This document shows, piece after piece, positions 1-8,510 of a stretch of 64,000 nt of DNA. The stretch covers positions 1 through 64,000 of IMG/VR virus record IMGVR_UViG_3300025872_000051; one strand, 5' to 3'. A program made the translations under genes and the position numbers. The notes beneath the pieces were generated by a model. It did no database searches and was not told where the DNA came from. It saw only the letters and a list, made by a program, of their open reading frames with translations. The stretch is from a virus. The stretch's first letter is position 1. Each line of letters starts with the position of its first letter.

Positions 1-2
1 GT

Positions 3-257
3 ATGTGGAAAGATTTGATGACTGATAACTTTGAGGGTTATGCTCTACTAAAAGATGATGACCCATTCCAAGAATGTTATGATTGGTTCTGGTCAAGTAT
101 CAATATGGATGAAACATACCCAAAAGAGTTTCTAGAATATCTAATGCAAATGGTAGATGATATAGAAACTGGTAAAGAGAAAGTAGTTCCTATGGATGGA
201 GATCTTATTGAACGATTGAAAGACCTTGTTAAAGATGTGGAGTTAGATGATGAATGA
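3..257 (+). CDS. Acidic hypothetical phage protein, possibly 5'-truncated by the window edge
   Basis: ORF track; co-oriented with its neighbours. Confidence 0.6.
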   Translation: MWKDLMTDNFEGYALLKDDDPFQECYDWFWSSINMDETYPKEFLEYLMQMVDDIETGKEKVVPMDGDLIERLKDLVKDVELDDE

Positions 258-420
258 AGCGCACTATGGGTATGTAATCAATACATACTGGGACCATCTT
301 AATATGCTTTCAAAAATGAAGGATAAGAACCCTCAACGATTTGAAGCATTTGAGTATTCACAAACGCATATCTATGATATGATAGATATACTACAACATC
401 AGCAAAACTTACAGGATTAG
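247..420 (+). CDS. Small hypothetical protein (57 aa, MMNEAHYGYVIN...)
   Basis: Hand-translated ORF that overlaps the previous stop and fills the gap. Confidence 0.55.
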   Translation: MMNEAHYGYVINTYWDHLNMLSKMKDKNPQRFEAFEYSQTHIYDMIDILQHQQNLQD

Positions 421-511
421 TATAGTGGGGCAGCAAAGTCGGGTAGGGGTATTTGACTTGCGTAAGTCCCCATATTATAATATAAATAATGATACCCCTA
501 CTAAAAGAATA
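421..511 (+). promoter_or_regulatory. Leader of homing endonuclease 1: sigma70-like promoter, late promoter and inverted repeat
   Basis: TTGACT(453)-17 bp-TATAAT(476); TATAAATA at 481-488; GTAGGGGTAT (443-452) is the exact reverse complement of ATACCCCTAC (492-501). Confidence 0.7.
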
Positions 512-1111
512 ATGTATTATACTTACGCATATTTGCGTGAAGATGGAACTCCTTACTATATTGGAAAAGGTAAAGGTAAAAGAGTTTATAGCAATAACGG
601 AAAACCCTGTGTAGTTCCAAAAAATAAGAATCAAATAATATTTTTAAAACAAAATTTAACAGAAGAAGAGGCATATATTCACGAAATTTATATGATTAGT
701 ATACTTGGTAGAATTGATATAGGAACAGGTATTCTTCGTAATAAATCTAATGGCGGAGAAGGAAAAAGTGGTTATATACATACGCAAGAAACAAAAAATA
801 AAATAAGTCAAGCAGTAAAGGGTAAAAATCACCCTCTATATGGATGTTCTCCATCGTCAGAAACAAGAAGAAAAATGAGTGACTCTCTTAAAGGTAGAAT
901 AATAACTGACGAATGTAGAGCAAAAATGAGTGAGTCCCATAAAGGTAGACCACCAACTTATGGATTTAAAGGAAAAACTCATACAGAAGAAACACTACAA
1001 AATATGAGGAATAGAAAATGGTGGAATAATGGACAAATCAATAAAACTTCTGTAGAATGTCCTGGTGTCGGTTGGGTTCGTGGTATGCTTAAAGAGAGTA
1101 AAGGGAGGTGA
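512..1111 (+). CDS. Free-standing GIY-YIG-like homing endonuclease with NUMOD3-type repeats (HEG1)
   Basis: YTYAYLREDGTPYYIGKG...R, E..A..HE...I, GILRNKSNGGEG; repeats HTQETKNKIS, SSETRRKMS, HTEETLQNM. ATG 512 is preferred to the GTG at 425. Confidence 0.85.
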   Translation: MYYTYAYLREDGTPYYIGKGKGKRVYSNNGKPCVVPKNKNQIIFLKQNLTEEEAYIHEIYMISILGRIDIGTGILRNKSNGGEGKSGYIHTQETKNKISQAVKGKNHPLYGCSPSSETRRKMSDSLKGRIITDECRAKMSESHKGRPPTYGFKGKTHTEETLQNMRNRKWWNNGQINKTSVECPGVGWVRGMLKESKGR

Positions 1112-1117
1112 TTGAAA

Positions 1118-1513
1118 TTGGGAATGTTTGATTGGGTTCGCAGTAGTTATGACTTAGGCCCTCAATTTACGAATACAATTTTACAAACAAAAGACATAGA
1201 AGAAGGTTATAGTGGCACTATGACACACTTTTGGATTGACCCGAAAGGTGTTTTGTGGTGCCCTGATTATACCGGCACAAATACCTTTGAGATTATTGAA
1301 GAAGATGACCCACGATATAACCCTAAACATCTATTCTTGAACTATGAGTGGATACCTACAGGACAACGCGGAAGGTATCAAGTTCATCCAATCACAAAAT
1401 ATATTGAAGTATACCCAGAAAGATGGAAAGGTGAATGGGAAGATTGGCCCCGATTGAAACTACATTTTAAGAAAGGTGTTCTTCAAGATTATGAGGATGT
1501 GACTGGACGATGA
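1118..1513 (+). CDS. Conserved phage hypothetical protein (GMFD...QTKD family), TTG start
   Basis: GGAGGTGA (1104-1111) lies 6 nt before TTG GGA ATG TTT GAT. Confidence 0.7.
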   Translation: MGMFDWVRSSYDLGPQFTNTILQTKDIEEGYSGTMTHFWIDPKGVLWCPDYTGTNTFEIIEEDDPRYNPKHLFLNYEWIPTGQRGRYQVHPITKYIEVYPERWKGEWEDWPRLKLHFKKGVLQDYEDVTGR

Positions 1514-1830
1514 TTGATACCTCTTTGTTTCCTTATGAAAAGTTCCCTGTGCGATTGCAGTTTGGTGAAAAGAAAGAGATTTCAGTTTGTTGGTTTGAGT
1601 GTGATGAGCACTTGCAAAAATACCTGAATAGGTATAAACTGGACAAGAGAACTATTAAGATTGATTATCGTGATGGAGAACCCACTAAGCCTAGTAAAGC
1701 AAACAAGAACAGTGTGGAATCGGGAACTAGAAAGACCAGTAGTAGAAGTTCAAGTGGAAGTAAACGGAGCACCAAAAAGTTGGATTCCCCTGGAACTGTT
1801 AGTCGCACTCGCAAACCTAAATCAAAATGA
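1510..1830 (+). CDS. Hypothetical protein with basic Ser/Lys-rich tail
   Basis: ORF track; ATGA overlap with the previous gene. Confidence 0.6.
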   Translation: MIDTSLFPYEKFPVRLQFGEKKEISVCWFECDEHLQKYLNRYKLDKRTIKIDYRDGEPTKPSKANKNSVESGTRKTSSRSSSGSKRSTKKLDSPGTVSRTRKPKSK

Positions 1831-1968
1831 ACGAAGCAACGAAACTGTTGTTAGCACTACAACAGATTGATAATCTTACCAGTTTGTTAGAAGGTAACGA
1901 GTATCAAACATTTTTATATTCACATCTAAACTCATTAAACGTAGAACTCAAGAGGCAATTAAGTCATT

Positions 1969-2184
1969 ATGGAAAAACAACTGATTGATGATGCCTTCTA
2001 TGTTGAGGAAAAAAGTTGGGGAACTTGGCAATCTCATCATCCTGATGGAAAAGGTATCATCACCGCTCTTACAGAAGAGGAATGTATTAGAGCAACACGT
2101 TGGTATTTGAAAGCAAAACAAGAAGGTGAGTTTGACAAATCACCCGAAAAAACATATGATAGCACTATTGGAGGAAAACTATGA
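1969..2184 (+). CDS. Small cyanophage hypothetical protein
   Basis: ORF track. Confidence 0.6.
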   Translation: MEKQLIDDAFYVEEKSWGTWQSHHPDGKGIITALTEEECIRATRWYLKAKQEGEFDKSPEKTYDSTIGGKL

Positions 2185-2635
2185 CAACACGTACATTTGT
2201 AGACAAAAATGGTAATAGTTGGTTTTGGGAAGAAACTCCTGAGGTTCTAGAAGTTCTTAAGAACTTTCACGCAGGAAACTATGAAGGTCCATTGTATGCT
2301 CCTCATCCTGATTTGAATAATGAAACTCCGTCTAACACCTAAGCAACAATTGTGGGCAGATGTATTTTGTTGTGCTGTAGAAAGGTCAAATCTCTATTTT
2401 GCAGATAAAGACCTTGACCGACACGCAAGGGAGCATACTACAGTTGTTTTAGCACTACAGAAAGGCGATGAGTTCTGGAGAGAAATACTGTGAAATATCA
2501 CGTTTATGATGAAACAACTCCTTGGTATGATTTTCTTCAGTATTGTGAAATATGTTATCAGTTAAATGTACCAGGACAACCAAATCTCACTAGATTTATG
2601 AGATATAGGCAATATTTGAAAGAAGTTGGAGTTTT

Positions 2636-2863
2636 GTGATGTTTAAGTTTATCAAGTGGTTTATTTCACCCTCAAAACGACCTATTGTATGTGAAGATGT
2701 TGATGTTTATGAAAAATTGATTGAGTTGCAAAAAAGAATTGAAAAACTTGAAGAAGAAAATGTAGAGACAACAAACTGCATTTATGAGTTAGGAAACTCT
2801 GTTAATGCAGTAGATGCACGAATTGATATTATTCTAAATACTCCAAACATTACTGAATTTTAA
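2636..2863 (+). CDS. Small coiled-coil hypothetical protein
   Basis: ORF track; heptad pattern LIELQKRIEKLEEE. Confidence 0.6.
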   Translation: MMFKFIKWFISPSKRPIVCEDVDVYEKLIELQKRIEKLEEENVETTNCIYELGNSVNAVDARIDIILNTPNITEF

Positions 2864-2872
2864 TAAACTATT

Positions 2873-3163
2873 ATGACTTATTCTATTACTCTCCGTTCTG
2901 CTGATGGCACTGAAGAAGTAATCCAATGCGAAGAAGACCAATATATTCTTGATGCTGCTGAATATGCGGGTATTGACCTTCCTTCTAGTTGTCGTGCTGG
3001 TGCTTGCAGTGCTTGTGCTGGTAAAGTGATTGAGGGTGAGGTTGATAATGAGGATCAAACTTTCCTTGATGATGACCAAATGGAACAAGGATTTTCTCTG
3101 TTATGTGTAGCATATCCTAAGAGTGATTGTGTGATTCTCACTGAGCAAGAAGAGAACCTCTGA
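2873..3163 (+). CDS. petF: Plant-type [2Fe-2S] ferredoxin (auxiliary metabolic gene)
   Basis: [23 protein letters not shown]...DQTFLDDDQ...[11 protein letters not shown]. Confidence 0.95.
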   Translation: MTYSITLRSADGTEEVIQCEEDQYILDAAEYAGIDLPSSCRAGACSACAGKVIEGEVDNEDQTFLDDDQMEQGFSLLCVAYPKSDCVILTEQEENL

Positions 3164-3345
3164 TGTATGAAGATTTAAACAACTTTGAAAAAGCACTATC
3201 ACATTTTGGTACTAGAGTTGATATAATCTGTTCTTTGGAACTTGGAGGAAAGATTGATGCTGAGACAGCTTATCAGAACATTAAAGACGAACTTAAAGAC
3301 CTCAAAAAAGCACGAAAGCGACAGAGAAAAGACGAGGAGGTGTGA
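3163..3345 (+). CDS. Small conserved cyanophage protein
   Basis: ORF track; start overlaps the petF stop. Confidence 0.65.
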   Translation: MYEDLNNFEKALSHFGTRVDIICSLELGGKIDAETAYQNIKDELKDLKKARKRQRKDEEV

Positions 3346-3460
3346 TAAGTGTGGTGAAGAGAAACCTCTTGACGAAAACCACTATCAGGTGGTAAAGTAT
3401 TTTCGTCAGGGGTTCTCTTACTACTGCAACGACTGTAACAAACCAAAACCCAAAGATTGA
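3242..3460 (+). CDS. Possible small Zn-ribbon protein; start uncertain
   Basis: CDKC...YCNDC motif; overlaps the previous ORF. Confidence 0.4.
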   Translation: MEERLMLRQLIRTLKTNLKTSKKHESDREKTRRCDKCGEEKPLDENHYQVVKYFRQGFSYYCNDCNKPKPKD

Positions 3461-3981
3461 TTATGGACTTTGATTACAAAAAGTATTCGCTTGATAAGTT
3501 GAATGAATGGATGCACGATGCACTCTCCTGCAGTGAAGCAACACCGCAGGAGATTTATGATGTGATTAAAGATGTGGTGAGTGAGAACTATTACACTTAC
3601 AAGATTGAAACTGAAAAGTGTTATGAACTTCTTTGCCTACTGAATGGTAACGGTATCGGTCATATTCAAGCATATGATGATTATGTTACTGACCCCAAAG
3701 GTAATCAAGTGAAAGTTTGCAGTAAAGATGACCCATCACCTGAATGTCAAGGTGCTTGGAATGATTTTTGGGAAGAGAACTATTACCCAGAAGAATATAA
3801 AGAGGATAAAGTAGTTAAGTGGCAACTTCCTGTTGAAGTTGATGGATTAACTGGGGATTGTTTTGTTAACTTTCCTGATGATTTGTTGGAAGCAGCAAAT
3901 CTTAAAGAAGGAGATATGGTAGAGTGGGTAGATAATAATGATGGTAGTTTTACACTGAGGAAAGTTAATGGCACTAAGTAA
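3457..3981 (+). CDS. Protein with a C-terminal AbrB/SpoVT-like DNA-binding domain
   Basis: C-terminus FVNFPDDLLEAANLKEGDMVEWVDNNDGSFTLRK. Confidence 0.65.
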   Translation: MIMDFDYKKYSLDKLNEWMHDALSCSEATPQEIYDVIKDVVSENYYTYKIETEKCYELLCLLNGNGIGHIQAYDDYVTDPKGNQVKVCSKDDPSPECQGAWNDFWEENYYPEEYKEDKVVKWQLPVEVDGLTGDCFVNFPDDLLEAANLKEGDMVEWVDNNDGSFTLRKVNGTK

Positions 3982-4195
3982 ACAAACACTAGAACACCTA
4001 TTAGAGGCTGAAAGTCATCTGAGAGCAGCAATTAAATCTGCTGCCACAAATGAGAAACCACTTGTAGTTAAACAACTCTCACAACTTCTTCTTGATATTG
4101 AACAATGTAAGAAGTTTGAAGAGATTATGGATATGCTTGAAGACCGTAAACCTGGAAGCAAAGGTAACTTTGGTTCTTTCTTTGATAATAATTAA
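3968..4195 (+). CDS. Conserved cyanophage hypothetical protein
   Basis: ORF track. Confidence 0.65.
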   Translation: MALSKQTLEHLLEAESHLRAAIKSAATNEKPLVVKQLSQLLLDIEQCKKFEEIMDMLEDRKPGSKGNFGSFFDNN

Positions 4196-4448
4196 GTTTT
4201 GTAACGACACTCTAAAGACATCATTAAGGAATCGCACTTATCTCTTAAATAATGTTAGGATTTAAAGATATATGGGAGCAAAATGATGACTTATTCCAAG
4301 AAGAATACCAGTGAACTCACACAAACTGAATGGGATGAAATGGTTGCTCTTAAGAAAGCTATAAACTATGATATTACTCAAGTTCATCCAGAGAAGATGG
4401 AACAATTCACTGAGTATCTTGTTCGTAGTTTGAAGGAGAAGGGTGGTT

Positions 4449-4542
4449 GATAAATAATGATGCTTATTCGTGGTTGTTTAAGCAGAAAGGGGTCTTTGTG
4501 ACCCCTTTCTTATATAAATAGACATAACCACGGATAAAGCAG
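4449..4542 (+). promoter_or_regulatory. HEG2 leader unit: late promoter, stem-loop, terminator, second late promoter, complementary leader
   Basis: GATAAATA 4449; stem TGCTTA/TAAGCA; hairpin AGAAAGGGGTC/GACCCCTTTCT 4484-4510; TATAAATA 4513; TTATTCGTGGTT (4464-4475) pairs with AACCACGGATAA (4526-4537). Confidence 0.75.
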
Positions 4543-5235
4543 ATGGAATACTATACTTACGCTTATTTGCGTGAAGATGGCTCACCTTATTATATTGGTA
4601 AGGGGAAAGGTGATAGGGCATATAGAAAAAAAAGGAAGAATGGAAAACCTCCAATAGATAAATCTAGAATATTAATTTTAAAGCAAAATTTAACTGAAGA
4701 AGAAGCATTTAAGCACGAAATCTATATGATTGCAGTCTTTGGTAGAAAAGACTTGCGGACAGGTATTCTTCATAATAGAACTAATGGTGGTGATGGAACA
4801 AGCGGACATAAAATGAGTGAGATTGGTAGGCATAAATTAAGTAACCTAAAAAAAGGTGTAAAATTACCAGAAAGTCATATAAAAAATATTGCAAAATCAG
4901 TTAAAAAAAGATGGGAAGACCCAGAATATAAAGAAAAAATGTCACTTTTACAGAAAGGTAAAAAGAAAAGTGAGGAACATAAGAAAAAAATTGGAGAAGC
5001 AAATAGAGGAAAATCTGTTAATAAAGGGTTGTTTTCTAAAATATGGGAAATAACTTATGAAAATGGAAATGTTGAAATTGTTTATGATGGTCTTCCACTT
5101 TGGTGTGAAAAAAATGGTTATTTCTGGAGTAAAATAAGAGATTTATCAAGAGGAAGGGCAAAGAGGTCAAGTGGTCTTGTGTCAGTTAGGGAAGTGTCAC
5201 ATGGAAAGTGGCAAAGACGCTTGGATGCCCTATAA
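4543..5235 (+). CDS. Free-standing GIY-YIG-like homing endonuclease (HEG2)
   Basis: Same N-terminal domain as HEG1; NUMOD3-like KKSEEHKKKIG. Confidence 0.85.
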   Translation: MEYYTYAYLREDGSPYYIGKGKGDRAYRKKRKNGKPPIDKSRILILKQNLTEEEAFKHEIYMIAVFGRKDLRTGILHNRTNGGDGTSGHKMSEIGRHKLSNLKKGVKLPESHIKNIAKSVKKRWEDPEYKEKMSLLQKGKKKSEEHKKKIGEANRGKSVNKGLFSKIWEITYENGNVEIVYDGLPLWCEKNGYFWSKIRDLSRGRAKRSSGLVSVREVSHGKWQRRLDAL

Positions 5236-5236
5236 T
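5178..5236 (+). promoter_or_regulatory. Palindrome plus sigma70-like promoter inside the HEG2 3' end
   Basis: TGTGTCAGTT-N4-AAGTGTCACA, then GTGGCA(5208)-17 bp-TATAAT(5231). Confidence 0.65.
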
Positions 5237-5262
5237 ACAGTTGTTGATTTGAGGAACCTCCC

Positions 5263-5670
5263 ATAGCGACTCGTGGAAGAATTGGAATTGAATTGAAAGA
5301 TGGTTCGATATTGAGCATCTATTCACACTACGATAATTATCCCGAATACAACGGTAGGATTCTTCGCACTCACTACAATACCCGTGAAAAAGTTGCGGAA
5401 CTTGTAGATGGGGGGGATGTGAGTTGCCTTTGGACTGATGATCGCTGGGATAATAGTGGGGATGGTTCTTATGGACCTAACTATTACTCCTATCGTGGTG
5501 ATAATTGCCCTCCTCGCCTTGATGCAAACAAGTACGATTACCTTGCTGAAGGTGAAGAGTACGCTTATCTCTACACTCTGAAAGGTGAGTGGGTGTGCTA
5601 TAATCGTAATGAGTTTGGTAGTAAAATGCCTGAAATTTGTGAAATCCCCTCTGGAGCACTTGCTGTTTAA
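5263..5670 (+). CDS. Conserved cyanophage protein (ATRGRIGIEL... family), probable ATA start
   Basis: In-frame ATA GCG ACT CGT GGA AGA ATT GGA follows GAGGA; the track start at 5293 cuts off the TRGRIG N-terminus. Confidence 0.65.
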   Translation: MATRGRIGIELKDGSILSIYSHYDNYPEYNGRILRTHYNTREKVAELVDGGDVSCLWTDDRWDNSGDGSYGPNYYSYRGDNCPPRLDANKYDYLAEGEEYAYLYTLKGEWVCYNRNEFGSKMPEICEIPSGALAV

Positions 5671-5672
5671 TT

Positions 5673-5894
5673 ATGAAACCTAAGTATCTTGCTGCTGGAC
5701 TGATTGCTTTCTCTGCTGTGATTGGATGGAATGTATTCCTAGTGCAGCGTGATGATGCAATGTATAAAGAATACTATCGTCGTCAAGCAATAGAGAACCT
5801 CAAACGACCACCAAGCAAAGATATTGCATATTCTCCCAAAGAACAATTTTGTCAGTCTCAAGCGCACTGGCATCCTGATTGTGATGTAGAATGA
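5673..5894 (+). CDS. Small membrane-anchored protein
   Basis: N-terminal hydrophobic helix YLAAGLIAFSAVIGWNVFLV. Confidence 0.6.
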   Translation: MKPKYLAAGLIAFSAVIGWNVFLVQRDDAMYKEYYRRQAIENLKRPPSKDIAYSPKEQFCQSQAHWHPDCDVE

Positions 5895-6148
5895 GTTTAT
5901 CACTTGCAATCGCAATCTACTGTGCTATGATTGCTGTGGTCTCATCACTTCTCACTTATTATTTCAAGGTGATGAGACCTAGAGAAGAAGAACAACTTAA
6001 AGGAGGAAAAACTCTTGATTGATTATAACAAAGACCGCAAAGACCTTCAGATTGATAGGACTGCTGATGATTTCTGTATGTGGGCAGAAGAACAAGCAGC
6101 AAAGTTTGAAATCACGGTTGATTATTTCTTTGAGGAGTTTCTTCTGGA

Positions 6149-6177
6149 TTGACAATCAAACCAAAAAACATTAAACT
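6149..6177 (+). promoter_or_regulatory. Sigma70-like promoter
   Basis: TTGACA-17 bp-TAAACT upstream of ORF 6201. Confidence 0.65.
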
Positions 6178-6200
6178 AAAGGAGTAACTTACACAAACAA

Positions 6201-6434
6201 ATGAAGTATCTGTATATTGTTGATTTCTGGGTTCCTTTTCCTTCTTCGGAATATGGTGGACTAATCAATGTTATTGCTAAAGATGACATTGAATGTCACG
6301 ATATTCTGAGGGATAGTGAAATCTCTTATGATTCTTCCTATGACAATAAGATTATGGAGCGTGTAGTTGCTGCTCCACGTTTTGCTCTTGCTGAAGAAGA
6401 AGAGTCCCGCGTTGTTGAATCCTTTACGACCTGA
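6201..6434 (+). CDS. Conserved cyanophage small protein (YIVDFWVPFPSSEYGG)
   Basis: ORF track; promoter upstream. Confidence 0.7.
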   Translation: MKYLYIVDFWVPFPSSEYGGLINVIAKDDIECHDILRDSEISYDSSYDNKIMERVVAAPRFALAEEEESRVVESFTT

Positions 6435-6593
6435 TGAGTAATCCTGAAATGAATCGTCTTGCGTTTGATTTGAAACAACAATACCAAGACCGCATAGAAG
6501 ATTTGCAACAAAAGATTACAGAACAGCAGAAAGAAATCCTAAAACTCCAAGAACAGATTAAACTGCTATCATACGACAAATACTACGATTGTT

Positions 6594-6698
6594 GATAAAT
6601 ACTAATGCCTGAGTTGGGTGCAATCTTCACAGGTAGAGAGGGAGCAGAAATGCTCCTTTTCTTTTATAAATACTATTGCACCCAACTAAAGAGCAGTT
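6594..6698 (+). promoter_or_regulatory. HEG3 leader unit, same architecture as HEG2
   Basis: GATAAATA 6594; stem TGCCTG/CAGGTA; terminator GGAGCA-GAAA-TGCTCC-TTTT; TATAAATA 6665; AGTTGGGTGCAAT (6612-6624) is the exact reverse complement of ATTGCACCCAACT (6675-6687). Confidence 0.8.
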
Positions 6699-7313
6699 AT
6701 GGAAAATCCTAAGAGATTTTACACTTACGCATATTTGCGTGAAGATGGAACACCTTATTATGTTGGAAAAGGAAGTAAGTATAGAGCATATTATAAAAAA
6801 AGAAATGAAGTAAAACCGCCGAAAGACAAATCTAAAATTATATTTTTAAAGAAAAATTTAAGCGAAGAAGAAGCATTTAAACACGAAATTTATATGATTA
6901 ATGTGTTTGGTAGAAAAGATTTGGGAACGGGTATTTTGCGTAATAAAACTGATGGTGGCGATGGAATATTCAATTTGATAAGAACAAAAGAACATATGGA
7001 TGCTCTACGCAGAGGTAGATTAAGTTATTCTTTTACTGATAAAGTTAAAAATAAAATCAGTAATACCTTAAAGGAAAAAAATATTAAACCACCATCAAGA
7101 AAAGGTATAAAACACAAAGAAGAATATTTCAATAAAAGATGTAAAAAAACATATAAAATTATAAATCCAGATGGAAAAATCTTTATCACAAATAGATTAA
7201 AGAATTTCTGTAAGATCAATAATTTGACTTGTAGTTGTATGTGTGATGTTGCTAATGGAAAATACAAACAATATAAGGGGTGGACAGTTAAAATACTGGA
7301 ACAGAAACCTTGA
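6699..7313 (+). CDS. Free-standing GIY-YIG-like homing endonuclease (HEG3)
   Basis: YTYAYLREDGTPYYVGKG; C-terminal LKNFCKINNL...GKYKQYKGW DNA-binding module. Confidence 0.85.
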   Translation: MENPKRFYTYAYLREDGTPYYVGKGSKYRAYYKKRNEVKPPKDKSKIIFLKKNLSEEEAFKHEIYMINVFGRKDLGTGILRNKTDGGDGIFNLIRTKEHMDALRRGRLSYSFTDKVKNKISNTLKEKNIKPPSRKGIKHKEEYFNKRCKKTYKIINPDGKIFITNRLKNFCKINNLTCSCMCDVANGKYKQYKGWTVKILEQKP

Positions 7314-7338
7314 CTTTTGCTTGATTTTTTCTTATAGT
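7280..7338 (+). promoter_or_regulatory. Degenerate palindrome plus sigma70-like promoter at the HEG3 3' end
   Basis: GTGGACAGTT-N4-TACTGGAACA, then TTGACT(7310)-17 bp-TATAGT(7333); same spacing as the 5178 element. Confidence 0.65.
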
Positions 7339-7361
7339 GTCTTTGTTGAGTAAAACTTAGT

Positions 7362-7646
7362 TTGGAACTTCCACCTCTACCTTATTCTGCCCCCGATGGA
7401 TATTATTATGAATGTGAAGAATTCAAGAGGAATGTTGTTCGTATTTGGTTATGCAACACTCATAAGTTTGACTACAATAATGGTGCTCCAACGAAAACAA
7501 TTCATTCATTTTATAACACCAAAACCAGAGAATACTTTGCCCCAATCAATAGTAAGACCATCGGTGTTCGTGTAAATATTAAAGATACACGAAATTATAC
7601 AACGATGCCGATTAAACAATCTCCATTAGATAAGTTTTTCGTATGA
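7362..7646 (+). CDS. Conserved cyanophage protein (FKRNVVRIWL...APINSK), TTG start
   Basis: ORF track. Confidence 0.7.
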   Translation: MELPPLPYSAPDGYYYECEEFKRNVVRIWLCNTHKFDYNNGAPTKTIHSFYNTKTREYFAPINSKTIGVRVNIKDTRNYTTMPIKQSPLDKFFV

Positions 7647-7818
7647 TTTTCTCTGAAGGCACAGCAGTCATCTACAAAGAAATGTGTGGTGTGATTGATT
7701 TTGTATGTGACCACTATGTGGTTATACAACTTCCAGCACATCCTAATCGCAACTCTCCGAGATTGTTGGTATTCAGAGAATATTATAAGAATATTACAAT
7801 ACAAAAAGCATCAACTAA

Positions 7819-8034
7819 ATGAAACAAAAGAAAACTGTTTGGAGGTTAATAGCAAAATCTCTTGGGGAAAAATCAGGTAAAAATGATGCAGAGGCGGATA
7901 GGATTGCTCTTATCCGTCTTTTGATGTTTCTTTCTATTTTTATTACAAACGCATTTATTATCTTTAATGCTGTAAGAACTCATATCGTACCAGCAGAACC
8001 TAAACCAGTGAAGTGTATCATTCTAAATACATAA
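7819..8034 (+). CDS. Small membrane protein (WRLIAKSLGEKSG..D.EAD)
   Basis: One TM helix; motif typical of T4-like aquatic phages. Confidence 0.65.
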   Translation: MKQKKTVWRLIAKSLGEKSGKNDAEADRIALIRLLMFLSIFITNAFIIFNAVRTHIVPAEPKPVKCIILNT

Positions 8035-8048
8035 AATACGCTAGACAA

Positions 8049-8459
8049 ATGAGAACTTTTAGAGAGTTTATTCATATTTGCGAAGGAAAGAAAGCACCTC
8101 CTGGTGCAGTAAAGGGAACATATAAAGAGAAAGATGGTGTGAAAACTTATACTCTTGCTCCTTATGAAGGTCCATCGGGACCATTGGGAAGTGAGAAGAA
8201 AGTGATGAAAACTCTTGATAAGCAAGGTGGAATTGGTGGTGGTGCGATTAAGAAAGCAAAGAAGAAAGCGAAGAAAATTGAGAAGATTGAAGAGCAAGAT
8301 CCACATATGACTCCAACAACTTTCAATGTTGTAAAAGCAAGAGAGCAGGCAAAGGGTGGGATTCAACATAGAAAACACGTTCACGGAGAACTTGCAAGAG
8401 AAGCAGGGGCACAACAAGCAGCAAAACAAGCAAGAATTAAAGCTATTATGAGTCGCTAA
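8049..8459 (+). CDS. Basic late protein with capsid-targeting-like N-terminus (candidate internal head protein)
   Basis: TCTAAATA at 8022; N-terminus MRTFREFIHICE resembles T4 IPIII MKTYQEFIAE. Confidence 0.6.
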   Translation: MRTFREFIHICEGKKAPPGAVKGTYKEKDGVKTYTLAPYEGPSGPLGSEKKVMKTLDKQGGIGGGAIKKAKKKAKKIEKIEEQDPHMTPTTFNVVKAREQAKGGIQHRKHVHGELAREAGAQQAAKQARIKAIMSR

Positions 8460-8460
8460 T

Positions 8461-8495
8461 AAAATAGCTCACCTCCAAAGTGTCCTAATAATGTA
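8461..8495 (+). repeat. 32-bp cassette-boundary repeat, copy 1
   Basis: AAAATAGCTCACCTCCAAAGTGTCCTAATAAT-GTA. Confidence 0.95.
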
Positions 8496-8510
8496 AGCAA
8501 CCATTCTTAG

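Noticed and set aside
425-511. GTG start at 425 extending HEG1
   Set aside because: The stretch holds the promoter and inverted repeat; paralogues HEG2 and HEG3 start at about the position of ATG 512
5261-5266. CATG avoidance as the explanation for the ATA start
   Set aside because: Plausible because CATG looks scarce in the left region, but it does occur (e.g. near 5200, 17595, 26939) and a k-mer count could not be run
512-7313. HEGs as group I intron- or intein-encoded
   Set aside because: They lie between intact ORFs with their own promoters; no intron core or split host gene is visible
8461-8480. GGAGGTGAG on the minus strand of the repeat as the RBS of antisense genes
   Set aside because: No consistently spaced start codon or credible minus-strand ORF follows it
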